A stretch of DNA of 64,000 nucleotides from positions 124,001-188,000 of the IMG/VR virus record IMGVR_UViG_3300046559_001153; one strand, 5' to 3'. The notes below the pieces were generated by a model that was not told where the DNA came from, ran no database searches, and saw only the letters and a list, made by a program, of their open reading frames with translations. Positions 36,837 to 46,678 of the stretch are shown here, piece by piece. A program made the translations under genes and the position numbers. Numbering within the stretch: the first letter of the stretch is position 1; every line of letters starts with the position of its first letter.

Positions 36837-37082
36837 ATGAAAACTATCGCGTGTCTCTGCTTGATGTTGCTGCCGGCCAGCGCCGACGCTGGGTGGTTAT
36901 TCGGCTCGAACCACAAAACGGTGGTCATCCACAACCACGGCGCTCCGGTTGCGGCTTACGAGGCGCCCGTGGTCATCTATCGCGCGGAGGCCCCGAGCTA
37001 TTCGACCCGTGTGGTGACCAAGACGAAGCACAAACATCGCCACGGGAAACACACGACTGTGACCGTTCAGCAGGTCCGTTAA
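36837..37082 (+). CDS. Small secreted protein
   Basis: Signal peptide MKTIACLCLMLLPASADA; AAGGA RBS. Confidence 0.65.
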   Translation: MKTIACLCLMLLPASADAGWLFGSNHKTVVIHNHGAPVAAYEAPVVIYRAEAPSYSTRVVTKTKHKHRHGKHTTVTVQQVR

Positions 37083-37113
37083 AATTCGCATCACCTAGCA
37101 CAAGGGCCTGACC

Positions 37114-37395
37114 ATGACAGTCGAATGGGCTGAAGTAATCGTCGCATTGTGCGGCATCCTTATCATGTTGATCGGCCACGCCTACTGGGTTGGTCGAAAA
37201 TCAGGCGACGTGATTAACCGTCTGAAGGTCCTCGAAGCCACATTGCTTGGAAAATTTCTGACCAGTGATAGAGAGGACAGGCATTGTGCCGAAGACCGCA
37301 GAGAGATGGACCTGAAGATCAACAAGCTTGGTGGTGTGGTCGAAAAGCATGGGCGAGAGATTACGGCTCTAAGAGTCGCCACCGAACGCCGATAG
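37114..37395 (+). CDS. Small membrane protein (1 TM plus coiled coil; possibly holin-like)
   Basis: N-terminal hydrophobic helix. Confidence 0.55.
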   Translation: MTVEWAEVIVALCGILIMLIGHAYWVGRKSGDVINRLKVLEATLLGKFLTSDREDRHCAEDRREMDLKINKLGGVVEKHGREITALRVATERR

Positions 37396-37405
37396 GAGCG
37401 ACAAA

Positions 37406-38080
37406 GTGCTGTTACTGTTCGGGGAACTATCACCGCCGAGCTGGGTCCGCGAAGTCTACTGTGCAGGTTTCGGCATAGGGCAGCGGTTCAAGCAGGCGGA
37501 TGCCCCGGAAGTAGTGCACGCGCTCTCAGGCATGCTGTATGTTACCCCCTCGAATTGGGGTTTACTGGCCGTCCCGAACGCCCTGGTTCGTGGCGTTTAT
37601 AGCGCCATTGACGAGCCGGGTGTTGAACTCCCAAGTCACAGCGAAAAACCAGGCAAACTGGATGCGCACATCAGCGTGTTCCGCCCTGAGGATATCGCGG
37701 CGATCGGCGGGCCCGGCAAGTTGACCGAGCGTGGCAAACACTTTCATTACACGACCGGGCAGCTCAAAACAGTTCAGCCTGCCGGCTGGCCGCAGATGAG
37801 CAAGGTCTGGATGCTCGAGGTTAAGAGTCCGGAGTTACAGACGTTGAGACAGTCGTACGGTCTCACTCCGCTGCCGCACGACAATGACTTCCAGTTTCAC
37901 ATTACTGTCGGAGTCCGTCGCAAGGGTGTACTGGGTCGTAACGAGATCAGCAAGTCGATCCTGGTCGACGACAAACCAGCCGACCCGCTTCCCGTACCAC
38001 GCAAATTTATCTGCAGCGTCTGCGGTCATGATGACTGTGCTGGCTGCACCGGGACAACACAGAGAGTCCACGTTCCATGA
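37406..38080 (+). CDS. 2H phosphoesterase superfamily protein
   Basis: Two HxS/T motifs, DAHISVF and FHITVG, about 80 aa apart. Confidence 0.7.
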   Translation: MLLLFGELSPPSWVREVYCAGFGIGQRFKQADAPEVVHALSGMLYVTPSNWGLLAVPNALVRGVYSAIDEPGVELPSHSEKPGKLDAHISVFRPEDIAAIGGPGKLTERGKHFHYTTGQLKTVQPAGWPQMSKVWMLEVKSPELQTLRQSYGLTPLPHDNDFQFHITVGVRRKGVLGRNEISKSILVDDKPADPLPVPRKFICSVCGHDDCAGCTGTTQRVHVP

Positions 38081-39141
38081 TCTCCACAGACGAGCAATCG
38101 GCCTGGCAGCAGATTGTCGGCCTGGCAGAAGCCAGAGCCGAAGCCTGTCGACCAATGGCCAAATCGGCTCAGGAGATCCTCGGGCGATTCCCGTTGCCGG
38201 ATGAAACTGCGCTTACCCAGGGACCAGACAATGAGCTGATCCTGGTCTCTGACGTCAGTGACGATCGGTTACACTGGCTTAAATTTGCGTTGGAACACGA
38301 GTTGGGTGAAGCCTACCTGGGCTGTGTCCCATCTCGAATTTGGGCTGACCCAGACGGTGACTATGTCAAGTTGGCCTATTCGCCTGTCGTTCGGTCAATG
38401 ACAGACACGATGAACTTGACGCCCGGCAAGCTGTTTGGCGTTGTTCCCAATACGCCTGGACCAGTTGCTTCTATGCTGACATCGGGCTTACTTGGCGCCG
38501 GTCTTGGCTACGGGGCGGGATGGATTGGCGAGAAGATGATGCCCAATGATTGGCGTCGCGGGCGTCTCAGCAAGACGTTGGCCCTGCTGGGTGGTGCGGC
38601 CGGCATTATGCCAGGACTGGCATATGGCATGACAAACAAGGCTAAGAATCTCCCGTTCAACGACAATACTACGCTTGATCATCCACCCACCGGCGGGATC
38701 ATGCCAGAGAATCATTTCCCGGTCGCGCCGTTGTTCCGCTCGGCCGTAGATTCGGTCAAAGAGAAGCTGGGTAGAGACCTGGCGGACAACTCAGGAATGA
38801 CTGGTGACATCCCGCCAATTCAGGTCGACAAGTTCAATCAGACCATCTGGGGAGACCCGTACGTCTCGCCGAATATCCCGTTGTCTACTCGAGGGGCAGC
38901 CACGTCAGCCGTTACGTTGGCCCAGCAGATGCCGGGTGGAATTGGGGCCGGGTGGGTCACGCCGATGCAACTGGGCCATATTGCCGCGGGCATGGGAGTA
39001 GGTTATGCTAGCGGTGCACTGGTAGGGGGAGTCCTCGGCCTTTTGACTGGGATGCCTGAGAGTACACAGGATCAGCTGAAAAGGACTGGTATGTATGCCG
39101 GTATCATTTCTGAGGTCGTTCCCATGCTGTTCGGAAGGTAG
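38077..39141 (+). CDS. Putative virion internal protein with glycine-zipper segments
   Basis: GLLGAGLGYGAGW, GMGVGYASGALVGGVLG; KxA motifs. Confidence 0.72.
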   Translation: MISTDEQSAWQQIVGLAEARAEACRPMAKSAQEILGRFPLPDETALTQGPDNELILVSDVSDDRLHWLKFALEHELGEAYLGCVPSRIWADPDGDYVKLAYSPVVRSMTDTMNLTPGKLFGVVPNTPGPVASMLTSGLLGAGLGYGAGWIGEKMMPNDWRRGRLSKTLALLGGAAGIMPGLAYGMTNKAKNLPFNDNTTLDHPPTGGIMPENHFPVAPLFRSAVDSVKEKLGRDLADNSGMTGDIPPIQVDKFNQTIWGDPYVSPNIPLSTRGAATSAVTLAQQMPGGIGAGWVTPMQLGHIAAGMGVGYASGALVGGVLGLLTGMPESTQDQLKRTGMYAGIISEVVPMLFGR

Positions 39142-39163
39142 TCATTCTAAAAAGGAGTCAGTC

Positions 39164-39556
39164 ATGTCAGACCCAACCACACCTGTTACCCCAGCTCCCG
39201 CACCGGCGACCGACACGACTACGCTCGTGACCACGGTTAGCCAGGCCATGTCGAAAGTCATGGCGGATTTCAACGCTGCCAAAGCCAAAGGGCCAATCAC
39301 GTTGAGTGGGGCAGTCGCTCTGCTCGAAGAGCTCGTCTCTGCCGGCATGCTTGCCGTGAAGCCGTTCTTGTCACCCGGTGCTGACGTGGCCGGGTTGATC
39401 TCGACCATTCTGATGGAAGTTTACACGAAGGAAATTCGTCCTCTCGAGCTGCAGCACTTCGGTGCGATAGTCTCGACGGCTGTGATTGATCCGTTGATTC
39501 ATCAGTCGATCCCGCTGCTCGTCGCCGCGGCCCAGAAAGCTTTGCTGCACATATAG
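39164..39556 (+). CDS. Hypothetical protein
   Basis: AAAGGAG RBS before ATG 39164. Confidence 0.7.
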   Translation: MSDPTTPVTPAPAPATDTTTLVTTVSQAMSKVMADFNAAKAKGPITLSGAVALLEELVSAGMLAVKPFLSPGADVAGLISTILMEVYTKEIRPLELQHFGAIVSTAVIDPLIHQSIPLLVAAAQKALLHI

Positions 39557-39634
39557 CCCGTCGATGGGTGGTCTGTCCCCTGTCCGTTGACTGGCGAGGC
39601 CCTGGGCGCTGCAAAGTGCCCCGGGCTTTCGCCA

Positions 39635-39652
39635 TAACTTTATAAAAAGTAA
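39635..39652. promoter_or_regulatory. Palindromic motif, copy 4 (one mismatch)
   Basis: TAACTTTATAAAAAGTAA, 5 nt before ATG 39658. Confidence 0.65.
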
Positions 39653-39657
39653 AAACC

Positions 39658-40029
39658 ATGACGGCACTGCTTACACCTCACCTGCTCGGCAATCACGGCT
39701 TGGTGCAATATGCCCATTTGAAGATCTGGGCTGAGCGTGGATTGATCCGTATCGAGCACACAGAAACTGGTCAGTACGAGATCTTGTCGGTTGCCGATGC
39801 GGCCAAGAGGGCCCTGGCAATCAGTGAGATGGCTCGATTGAGACGAAAGAATCCTAAGTGGGTCAAGTATTACGACGAGATCGCGGCACAAATGGATTTC
39901 GTGGACCGAATGCACGGTGTGCTCCAGAAAGCCCGCGAACAGGGCATGCCGACTGACCCGACAGCCCGACGGGATCTGACGCGAAGAATGCCGGTCACAG
40001 TGAGTGTCCCGGCTGATATCTATCTTTAG
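39658..40029 (+). CDS. Conserved phage hypothetical protein
   Basis: 123-aa ORF. Confidence 0.7.
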   Translation: MTALLTPHLLGNHGLVQYAHLKIWAERGLIRIEHTETGQYEILSVADAAKRALAISEMARLRRKNPKWVKYYDEIAAQMDFVDRMHGVLQKAREQGMPTDPTARRDLTRRMPVTVSVPADIYL

Positions 40030-40043
40030 CCTGGGAGTCATGG

Positions 40044-40553
40044 ATGACGCCTCGCGATCGTTTCAAAGTGGCCTTTCTGACTCGACTGGTCGAGTCGGGC
40101 ATGTCGTTCGATCAAATCGCCGACCATGTCTCAGATCTGCATGGGCAGGTCACGAAGTCCGCCGCTGTTCCCGGACTGGCCCCGCCTAAACCGCCGACGG
40201 CCGAGGTTGGAACCAAGCCCCTGAAGCAGCCGTCTGTGGGATCCGTTCCGGCCCTCAAACTGGCCGAATTGGGTCTTTCGACGTTACGAGATCTCTGGGG
40301 TCTCGGTAAAGATGTCGCTGGCAGCATCGGTACAGCTGGATTGTATGGAGCGGCCGGTGCAGGTATCGCCGGTGCGGGCGCCGGTTACGGTCTCGGAAAA
40401 CTGACCGATGTCGACGAGACCGACATTGAGGAAAAGAAACAACACGAGTTGGTCGATCAGTACAAACGCTGGGCTGAGTACGCCCGGCAGACACAAGCCA
40501 TGCACGAGCATGTGCAAGCCGCAGGTAAACCGCACTTTGCCGGAAGGTATTGA
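40044..40553 (+). CDS. Putative virion protein (glycine zipper, KxA motifs)
   Basis: VTKSAA, LKLAE, AAGAGIAGAGAGYGLG. Confidence 0.7.
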   Translation: MTPRDRFKVAFLTRLVESGMSFDQIADHVSDLHGQVTKSAAVPGLAPPKPPTAEVGTKPLKQPSVGSVPALKLAELGLSTLRDLWGLGKDVAGSIGTAGLYGAAGAGIAGAGAGYGLGKLTDVDETDIEEKKQHELVDQYKRWAEYARQTQAMHEHVQAAGKPHFAGRY

Positions 40554-40954
40554 TGGCACCCCCACTTTTGAAATTCATGAATCAGGTGCAGGACCCGAAC
40601 GGAGCTGCCGTTCACTGGGGTCGTGCAATTGATGACGGCCTGCCGTTCCGCGGCAAGGCAAGCATGTACAAGAATGAGGACGAATACGAATCAAAAGTTT
40701 CTCGGATCTGCGATTTCAAACTGAAGAAGTTCCTGATTGACGATCCGAAGGACCACGCTGAATACATGGGCGTAATGGACAAGATCGCCAATCGCTGGTT
40801 CAGGCTGTTTTATATCGAGCGGCAAGTGGCAGCCGCTCAGCCATTCATCTATCTTGAATGGGGTGAGTTTTACATGCAGGAGAGTGGGGAGCGAAAAGCG
40901 GTAGCCGCTCCGACCATGCTCAGCATGCCCGAGTTACCTGAAGGAACGGTCTAG
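40553..40954 (+). CDS. Conserved phage hypothetical protein
   Basis: TGATG-coupled to the upstream gene. Confidence 0.7.
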   Translation: MAPPLLKFMNQVQDPNGAAVHWGRAIDDGLPFRGKASMYKNEDEYESKVSRICDFKLKKFLIDDPKDHAEYMGVMDKIANRWFRLFYIERQVAAAQPFIYLEWGEFYMQESGERKAVAAPTMLSMPELPEGTV

Positions 40955-40960
40955 GTAATC

Positions 40961-41659
40961 ATGCAAAAGAAAGCTGACCCGGGAATTGATCTCGACGCGG
41001 CCCACTCGCAACTGGCGATGGAGCAGTTCAAGAAGATCCTGCTTCTTGGTGCCGGCGCCGGAATGGCTGCTCGCGGTGCATCTGGTTTTATCCACATGCT
41101 CCACCGGAATTCGCAGCCGGCGACGCCGTCGTCTGCCGCAGCCAACGTCCTGCCTTTCAAGGTGCCGACAAGACCTCAGCGAGAAGAAAAAATCGCCGTA
41201 CTCGAACCGTACAAGAACACCTGGTGGGCCATGCCGCTGCATGCGACTGGTGCTGTTGGGGCCACTTTCGGTGGTTACAAATTGATGGACTACCTGCTCA
41301 ACAAACAACGGCACAAAGGGCTGCAGGAAGAAGTCGATTCGGCCAAGTCAGATTTTGAATCGGCTTTGAGCCATCAGCCGATTGGTACAGGCAAACGGGC
41401 GGATGACAAGGCGTCCAAGCTGTCACAGCAACTGGATGAAATCTTCGACATCTGGCAGAAGCAGGCCAACTGGCCAACCTTCGGGGCCGGCACTGCTGCA
41501 ACCGTCGCCGCCCTTACGGCGGCCATCGGCGGCCATCTCGGGTACAGTGTGGCCAAGAGCCAGAGTGAGGCGAACCGACTGGATCTGGCCGAGAAAGAAC
41601 GCCAGAGACGTCGCCAGGTTTCAACGGCTCCGTTCCTGGTCGCCACCCCGGAGGGCTAA
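40961..41659 (+). CDS. Putative virion protein (three Gly/Ala hydrophobic segments, KxA motifs)
   Basis: QKKAD, EKIAV, KRAD, QKQANW. Confidence 0.72.
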   Translation: MQKKADPGIDLDAAHSQLAMEQFKKILLLGAGAGMAARGASGFIHMLHRNSQPATPSSAAANVLPFKVPTRPQREEKIAVLEPYKNTWWAMPLHATGAVGATFGGYKLMDYLLNKQRHKGLQEEVDSAKSDFESALSHQPIGTGKRADDKASKLSQQLDEIFDIWQKQANWPTFGAGTAATVAALTAAIGGHLGYSVAKSQSEANRLDLAEKERQRRRQVSTAPFLVATPEG

Positions 41660-41674
41660 TTAGCCCATCTTACC

Positions 41675-44600
41675 ATGTCAATCCTGTCTGGCTCCGGCAG
41701 CCTGCTCCAGCCGATGCGCCCTGCGGCCCACGAGGATGAGCCTGACAGCCTCACAGACATGTCCAAAGCGCGTCAAAGGCTGTTTGACCACACCTTGACG
41801 GCTGCGCAAGGCCTGGAGCCCCTGGCGAACTCCAAGCACACGTTAAAGCTGACCGACGTCCACTATTCTGGCCCGGACGAGTATTCTCTAAAGGACCAGA
41901 AGAAAGCCATTCTGACAGGTGACACGCTTGGCCGGACGCTGAAAGGCACATTCCAGCTTCTGGATAACGTCACAGGCCAGCTGGTCGACCAGAAACGGGT
42001 GACACTGGCTAACGTGCCTTACCGGACGGACCGTGGTACGTTCATCCACAATGGGACTGAATACGCCGTTCGAAATCAGATGCGGTTGTTGCCTGGTGTC
42101 TTTACCCGTATTCGAGGCAACGGCGAGATTGAAGCCCACACGAACGTTATGCCTGGGAAGGGGCTGAGCCACCGCTACTTTCTAGATCCTGACAAAGGCG
42201 TGTTCTACATTCGCGTAGCCCAGTCCAAGACGCCGCTAGTGTCGTTGCTCACCGCAATGGGCGTGACCCACCATCAATTGCGTGACGCCTGGGGCCCCGA
42301 GTTGGCCGCGACCAACTTGACGCATAACGATCCGGCTGACGTAAAGAAACTGGCCGGGAAATTTCTCCCGCGGATCCCCGAGAATCAGACCGAGGCGCAC
42401 ACGACTGAGCAACTGGTAAATGCCTTTCAGGCCATGGAGCTCGATCCGGAAGTCACTAAACGAACGCTCGGGCACCCATTTACCAATGTCGGACCGGAGA
42501 CCATTCTTCGAACGACACAGAAACTGCTTCAATTGCAAAAGGGCGAAGTTGAGCCCGACGATCGTGACCACCTGGCCTACCAGAAAATCATGGCGCCCGA
42601 GGATTTGTTCTCGGAACGGATTCGTCGCGATGCTGGCAACATTCGCCGTCAGCTGTTGTTCAAAGCCAGTCAGCGTGGCAATCTGCAGGGCATTGGTTCC
42701 CGACCGTTCCAGAAGCAATTGAACTCGGTCATCCTCACCAGCGGTGTCGGTACGGGTCTTGAGGAAACATCACCGCTCGAACTGCTGGACAAGATGTCAA
42801 CGATCACCAGCATGGGTGTCGGTGGACTACCAAGCACGACAGCCATTCCGTTGGAGTCCCGAGCCGTACAGCCAAGCCATCTCGGATTCATGGATCCACT
42901 GAAGACGCCCGAAAGCGAGGCGGCTGGCGTTATTCTGAATATCGCCGGACAGGTCCGTCGTAAGGCTGATGGGCAGCTCGCCAAACAATTCACCAATCTG
43001 CACACGGGGCAACTCGAGTGGCGTACCCCGCAGGACGTGGCTGATTCAGCCATCGCCTTCCCGGGTGAAATGGCCAAACCGGGCAAACGAATCATAGCCA
43101 TGTTGAATGGTAAGCTGCAGTATGTGTCCAAAGCCGATGTCAAATACGAGCTGCCGCATTTCGAACACGTCTTCAGCGACGTCACCAATCTGGTGCCGAT
43201 GAAGTCGGCTTTGAAGGGCCAGCGGGCAGTGATGGGTGCCCGTATGTTGACGCAAGCCCTGCCGCTCGAGAACCCCGAAGCCCCATTCGTTCAGTCGGCT
43301 GTTCCGGGAACGGGCGGGCAGAAGAGTTTTGACGAACACTTCGGTGGATTCATGGGTGCCGTGCGAGCCAAGCAGGGTGGTCAGGTCACTGCCGTATCGC
43401 CGGAAGCCATCACGGTCAAGCACGACGACGGAACGACGCAGAACTACGAGTTGTATGACTCGTTTCCGTTCAATCGCCGTAGCCGACTGCACAATACGCC
43501 AATGGTGCAACCGGGCCAGCGTGTCGGTCCGGACGATCTTCTGGCTAAGTCCAACTTCACCAACGACAACGGGGCAATCGCGATCGGCAAGAACGCCTAC
43601 ATCGGATACATGCCGTATGGAGCCGGCACCTACGAAGACGCCCAGCTGGTGTCGGAGAGCTTCGCCAAGAAACTGCGATCAGAACATTTGTACCAGCACG
43701 ACGCGACCTGGGGTGACGCACTCGATAAGAAAGGCAAAGCGCCATACGTGTCGCTGTTCCCGTCGAAGTTTGACCGAAAGCAGTTGGACACGATCGACGA
43801 GGATGGGGTCGTCAAGCCGGGCACGGTTGTTGATTACGGCCACCCACTCATTCTGCTGGCAAAGGGGCGAGAGCACTCGCAAAGCAAAGTGCATCGCAAG
43901 GGCCAGCTACAGCACACCGACGCGTCGGTGACCTGGTCGTACAACTCACCCGGTATCGTCCGCGACGTAGTGAAGACAGACAAAGGACCGATGGTCACTG
44001 TGACGTCTATGCGGTCGACACAGGAGTCAGACAAGTTGAGTGACCGATTCGGCGCCAAGGGTGTTATCGGCAAGATTCTGTCGGACGACTTGATGCCGCG
44101 TGACAGCACGGGTCGCCCATTCGACATGTTACTGAATCCGGCTGGTATCCCGTCGCGACTCAATCCGGTGAAGATCCACGAAGCCACACTCGGCAAGATT
44201 GCGGAAAAGACTGGCAAGCCGTACAAAATTGAGGATTTTTCGAACATTGCCGACCTGCGAGCCTTCGTCGAACAGGAAGCCCAGAAGCATGGCGTACCCG
44301 ACACAGAGACGGTCTTCGACCCAGGTACCAACAGATACATCCCCGGCGTGAAGACTGGCGTGCAGTGGATCATGAAGCTGCACCATATCGCCGAAGACAA
44401 AGAACAGGGTCGCGGTGCCTCGGGTGGTTACACACTCAGCGGTGTACCGGCCAAGGGTGGTGACGGTGAGTCAAGTAAGAAGCTGTCCATGGGGGAAACG
44501 AATGCCCTGTTGTCTCACGGTGCGTTGAATCTGCTGCGTGATTCGCAATTGTTACGAGGCCAGCGAAACGAACCATATTGGCTGGCCTTCATGCAGGGGC

Positions 44601-46093
44601 ACCGCCCGCCCGAGCCCGGTATCCCGCTTGTTTACGAGGAATTCATCAACGAATTGAAAGCTGCTGGGATCAACCCAGTTCGCAACGGGGCCAGCATGAA
44701 CGTCATGGCCTTGACGAACAAGGACATTGACCAGTTGTCGGGCGGCCGCGAATTGCAAAATGGGAACACGGTCAACTTTGACGGTGATCTGAGCCCGGTG
44801 GCCGGCGGCTTGTTCGATCCAGCTTTGACTGGCGGGCATATGGGCCGCCGATGGTCGCACGTAACGCTGGCCGACCCGATGCCCAATCCGGTGATGGAAG
44901 AGCCTATACGTAAACTGCTGGCCCTGACTAAGAACAAATTCGAAGGGGTTCTGGCTGGGACTGAATCGATCGGTTCGCACGGTACAGGACCGCAAGCTCT
45001 GTTCAAAGCCCTGCAGGGGATCAATCTGGACAAGGAGCTTTTGCTCGCCAGGATGCAGATCAAGTCGGGCAAGAAAACAGCCCGTGATGTGGCCGTTCGC
45101 AAACTAGGGTATCTCAAAGCAGCCAAGTCGCTGGGGATCCACCCGTCAGACTGGATGCTCGACAAAGCACCAATTCTTCCCCCCCTCTTTCGTCAGGTGG
45201 CGAAGATTTCCGATTCGGGCCAACCAATTATTTCCGATGCCAATTACCTTTACAAAGAGCTGATTGACGCGAATACGACGCTCAAGAAGCTGAAGGGGGT
45301 GGTGGGTGAAAACGTGGGTCAAGAACGCCTTGCGTTATATAACTCGTTCAAAGCAGTCACTGGCCTGGGCGACCCAAGCCATCCGAAACTGGTCGAGAAG
45401 GGAGTCAAAGGCCTGCTTGCCGGGATCTTCGGAAGTAGTCCCAAGTGGGGCTCAGTCCAGTCCCGATTACTCAGTACCCCTGTGGATATTGTTGGGCGTG
45501 CCACTGTACAGCCCAACGCCGACCTCGACATGGATTCCATTGGACTTCCCGAAGAACGAGCCTGGACCGTCTACAAAAACTTCATAGTCCGTCGCCTTAA
45601 ACGCCAAGGCATGCCGTTGACGAATGCCCTGCAGGCTCACAAGGATCAGACCCCGCTGGCGAAGAAAGCCCTGCTTGATGAGCTGGAGACGCGACCAGTT
45701 ATCTACAGCCGGGCGCCCATCCATCATAAGTACGGGATCATGGCCGCTTGGCCGCAGCTGGTGAAAGGTAACGCCGTTCACTTGTCACCGCTGGTGACGG
45801 TTGGATTTGGTGCGGACTTTGATGGCGATCAGATGAACTACCATGTGCCTGTGAGTGATGCGGAAGTGCAGGACGCTGTCGAGCGAATGCTGCCGTCTCG
45901 CAATTTGATCAGCCCGGCCGACTTTCGAACGCCCATGTTCATGCCACGGCACGAAATGCTAATGGGATTGTTCGAATCAACCAGACCGGATAGAATTGGT
46001 CGAAGTATCACATTTCGCAATAAGCAAGACGCTATTGCCGCTTATCGACGCGGAGAGTTGACCGTGCAGGATTCGGTGACAATTCTCCATTGA
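41675..46093 (+). CDS. rpoBC: DNA-directed RNA polymerase beta subunit fused to the N-terminal catalytic half of beta'
   Basis: Beta motifs: VPYRTDRGTFIHNGTE, DPLKTPES, DKLSDRFGAKGV, LNPAGIPSRLN, KLHH, ELKAAGIN. Beta' motifs after about 44696: GGLFD, PILPP, SDANYLY, PVDIVGR, SRAPIHH and catalytic GADFDGDQM (45809-45829). Confidence 0.95.
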   Translation: MSILSGSGSLLQPMRPAAHEDEPDSLTDMSKARQRLFDHTLTAAQGLEPLANSKHTLKLTDVHYSGPDEYSLKDQKKAILTGDTLGRTLKGTFQLLDNVTGQLVDQKRVTLANVPYRTDRGTFIHNGTEYAVRNQMRLLPGVFTRIRGNGEIEAHTNVMPGKGLSHRYFLDPDKGVFYIRVAQSKTPLVSLLTAMGVTHHQLRDAWGPELAATNLTHNDPADVKKLAGKFLPRIPENQTEAHTTEQLVNAFQAMELDPEVTKRTLGHPFTNVGPETILRTTQKLLQLQKGEVEPDDRDHLAYQKIMAPEDLFSERIRRDAGNIRRQLLFKASQRGNLQGIGSRPFQKQLNSVILTSGVGTGLEETSPLELLDKMSTITSMGVGGLPSTTAIPLESRAVQPSHLGFMDPLKTPESEAAGVILNIAGQVRRKADGQLAKQFTNLHTGQLEWRTPQDVADSAIAFPGEMAKPGKRIIAMLNGKLQYVSKADVKYELPHFEHVFSDVTNLVPMKSALKGQRAVMGARMLTQALPLENPEAPFVQSAVPGTGGQKSFDEHFGGFMGAVRAKQGGQVTAVSPEAITVKHDDGTTQNYELYDSFPFNRRSRLHNTPMVQPGQRVGPDDLLAKSNFTNDNGAIAIGKNAYIGYMPYGAGTYEDAQLVSESFAKKLRSEHLYQHDATWGDALDKKGKAPYVSLFPSKFDRKQLDTIDEDGVVKPGTVVDYGHPLILLAKGREHSQSKVHRKGQLQHTDASVTWSYNSPGIVRDVVKTDKGPMVTVTSMRSTQESDKLSDRFGAKGVIGKILSDDLMPRDSTGRPFDMLLNPAGIPSRLNPVKIHEATLGKIAEKTGKPYKIEDFSNIADLRAFVEQEAQKHGVPDTETVFDPGTNRYIPGVKTGVQWIMKLHHIAEDKEQGRGASGGYTLSGVPAKGGDGESSKKLSMGETNALLSHGALNLLRDSQLLRGQRNEPYWLAFMQGHRPPEPGIPLVYEEFINELKAAGINPVRNGASMNVMALTNKDIDQLSGGRELQNGNTVNFDGDLSPVAGGLFDPALTGGHMGRRWSHVTLADPMPNPVMEEPIRKLLALTKNKFEGVLAGTESIGSHGTGPQALFKALQGINLDKELLLARMQIKSGKKTARDVAVRKLGYLKAAKSLGIHPSDWMLDKAPILPPLFRQVAKISDSGQPIISDANYLYKELIDANTTLKKLKGVVGENVGQERLALYNSFKAVTGLGDPSHPKLVEKGVKGLLAGIFGSSPKWGSVQSRLLSTPVDIVGRATVQPNADLDMDSIGLPEERAWTVYKNFIVRRLKRQGMPLTNALQAHKDQTPLAKKALLDELETRPVIYSRAPIHHKYGIMAAWPQLVKGNAVHLSPLVTVGFGADFDGDQMNYHVPVSDAEVQDAVERMLPSRNLISPADFRTPMFMPRHEMLMGLFESTRPDRIGRSITFRNKQDAIAAYRRGELTVQDSVTILH

Positions 46094-46105
46094 GGGGGGA
46101 GTTGT

Positions 46106-46678
46106 ATGACTCGACGCAAAATTTGCACATACTGCGGTAAATTGAAAGCGACTAGCGCGTACGGTAAAAAAGGCGCTGGGCTTAATCATCATTGCAAAGA
46201 TTGTGACAGCATCAAGCAACAAGCTTTCGCAAAAACCCCCCACGGCCGAGCGGTTAAAGCTTGGAATTTGATCAAGTATCGTGTCAGAAACCCGTACGGG
46301 AAAAATAAGACGTATGTTGGTGTTGAACTCCGGATGACTCGCGACGAATTCATGACCTGGGCTGTTCCGGCTTATACCGCATGGGTTACTGATGGAAATC
46401 TGATTGAATCGGCTTCTGTGGATCGAAAAGAAGACGGGCATTACGCGATCGGAAATCTTCAGATCATTTCTCGGGTTGAAAACGCCAAAAAGCAAAAACG
46501 TAATAAAAACGTACACGCTCCGGCCGGCCACGCGTGGTGCCCTAGCTGTGTCCAGTACAAATTGAAATGTGAGTTCTACACGGACAAGGCTAGTTGGAAT
46601 GGCGTAAGTTGCCGTTGCCGACAATGTCACAACCAATATCACCGCAATTATTACAGACAGCGACAATTATCTAAATGA
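46106..46678 (+). CDS. Free-standing HNH-like homing endonuclease with Cys-rich zinc-finger modules
   Basis: SVDR...GHYAIGNLQIIS..EN core flanked by CxxC pairs. Visibly more AT-rich than its neighbours; starts 12 bp after the RNAP stop. Confidence 0.7.
   Translation: MTRRKICTYCGKLKATSAYGKKGAGLNHHCKDCDSIKQQAFAKTPHGRAVKAWNLIKYRVRNPYGKNKTYVGVELRMTRDEFMTWAVPAYTAWVTDGNLIESASVDRKEDGHYAIGNLQIISRVENAKKQKRNKNVHAPAGHAWCPSCVQYKLKCEFYTDKASWNGVSCRCRQCHNQYHRNYYRQRQLSK

Noticed and set aside
41675-46093. Intein or group I intron in the RNAP gene; also host chromosomal rpoBC
   Set aside because: No intein termini or interruptions were seen. The lack of ribosomal-protein neighbours, the deleted domains and the phage context argue against a cellular locus.
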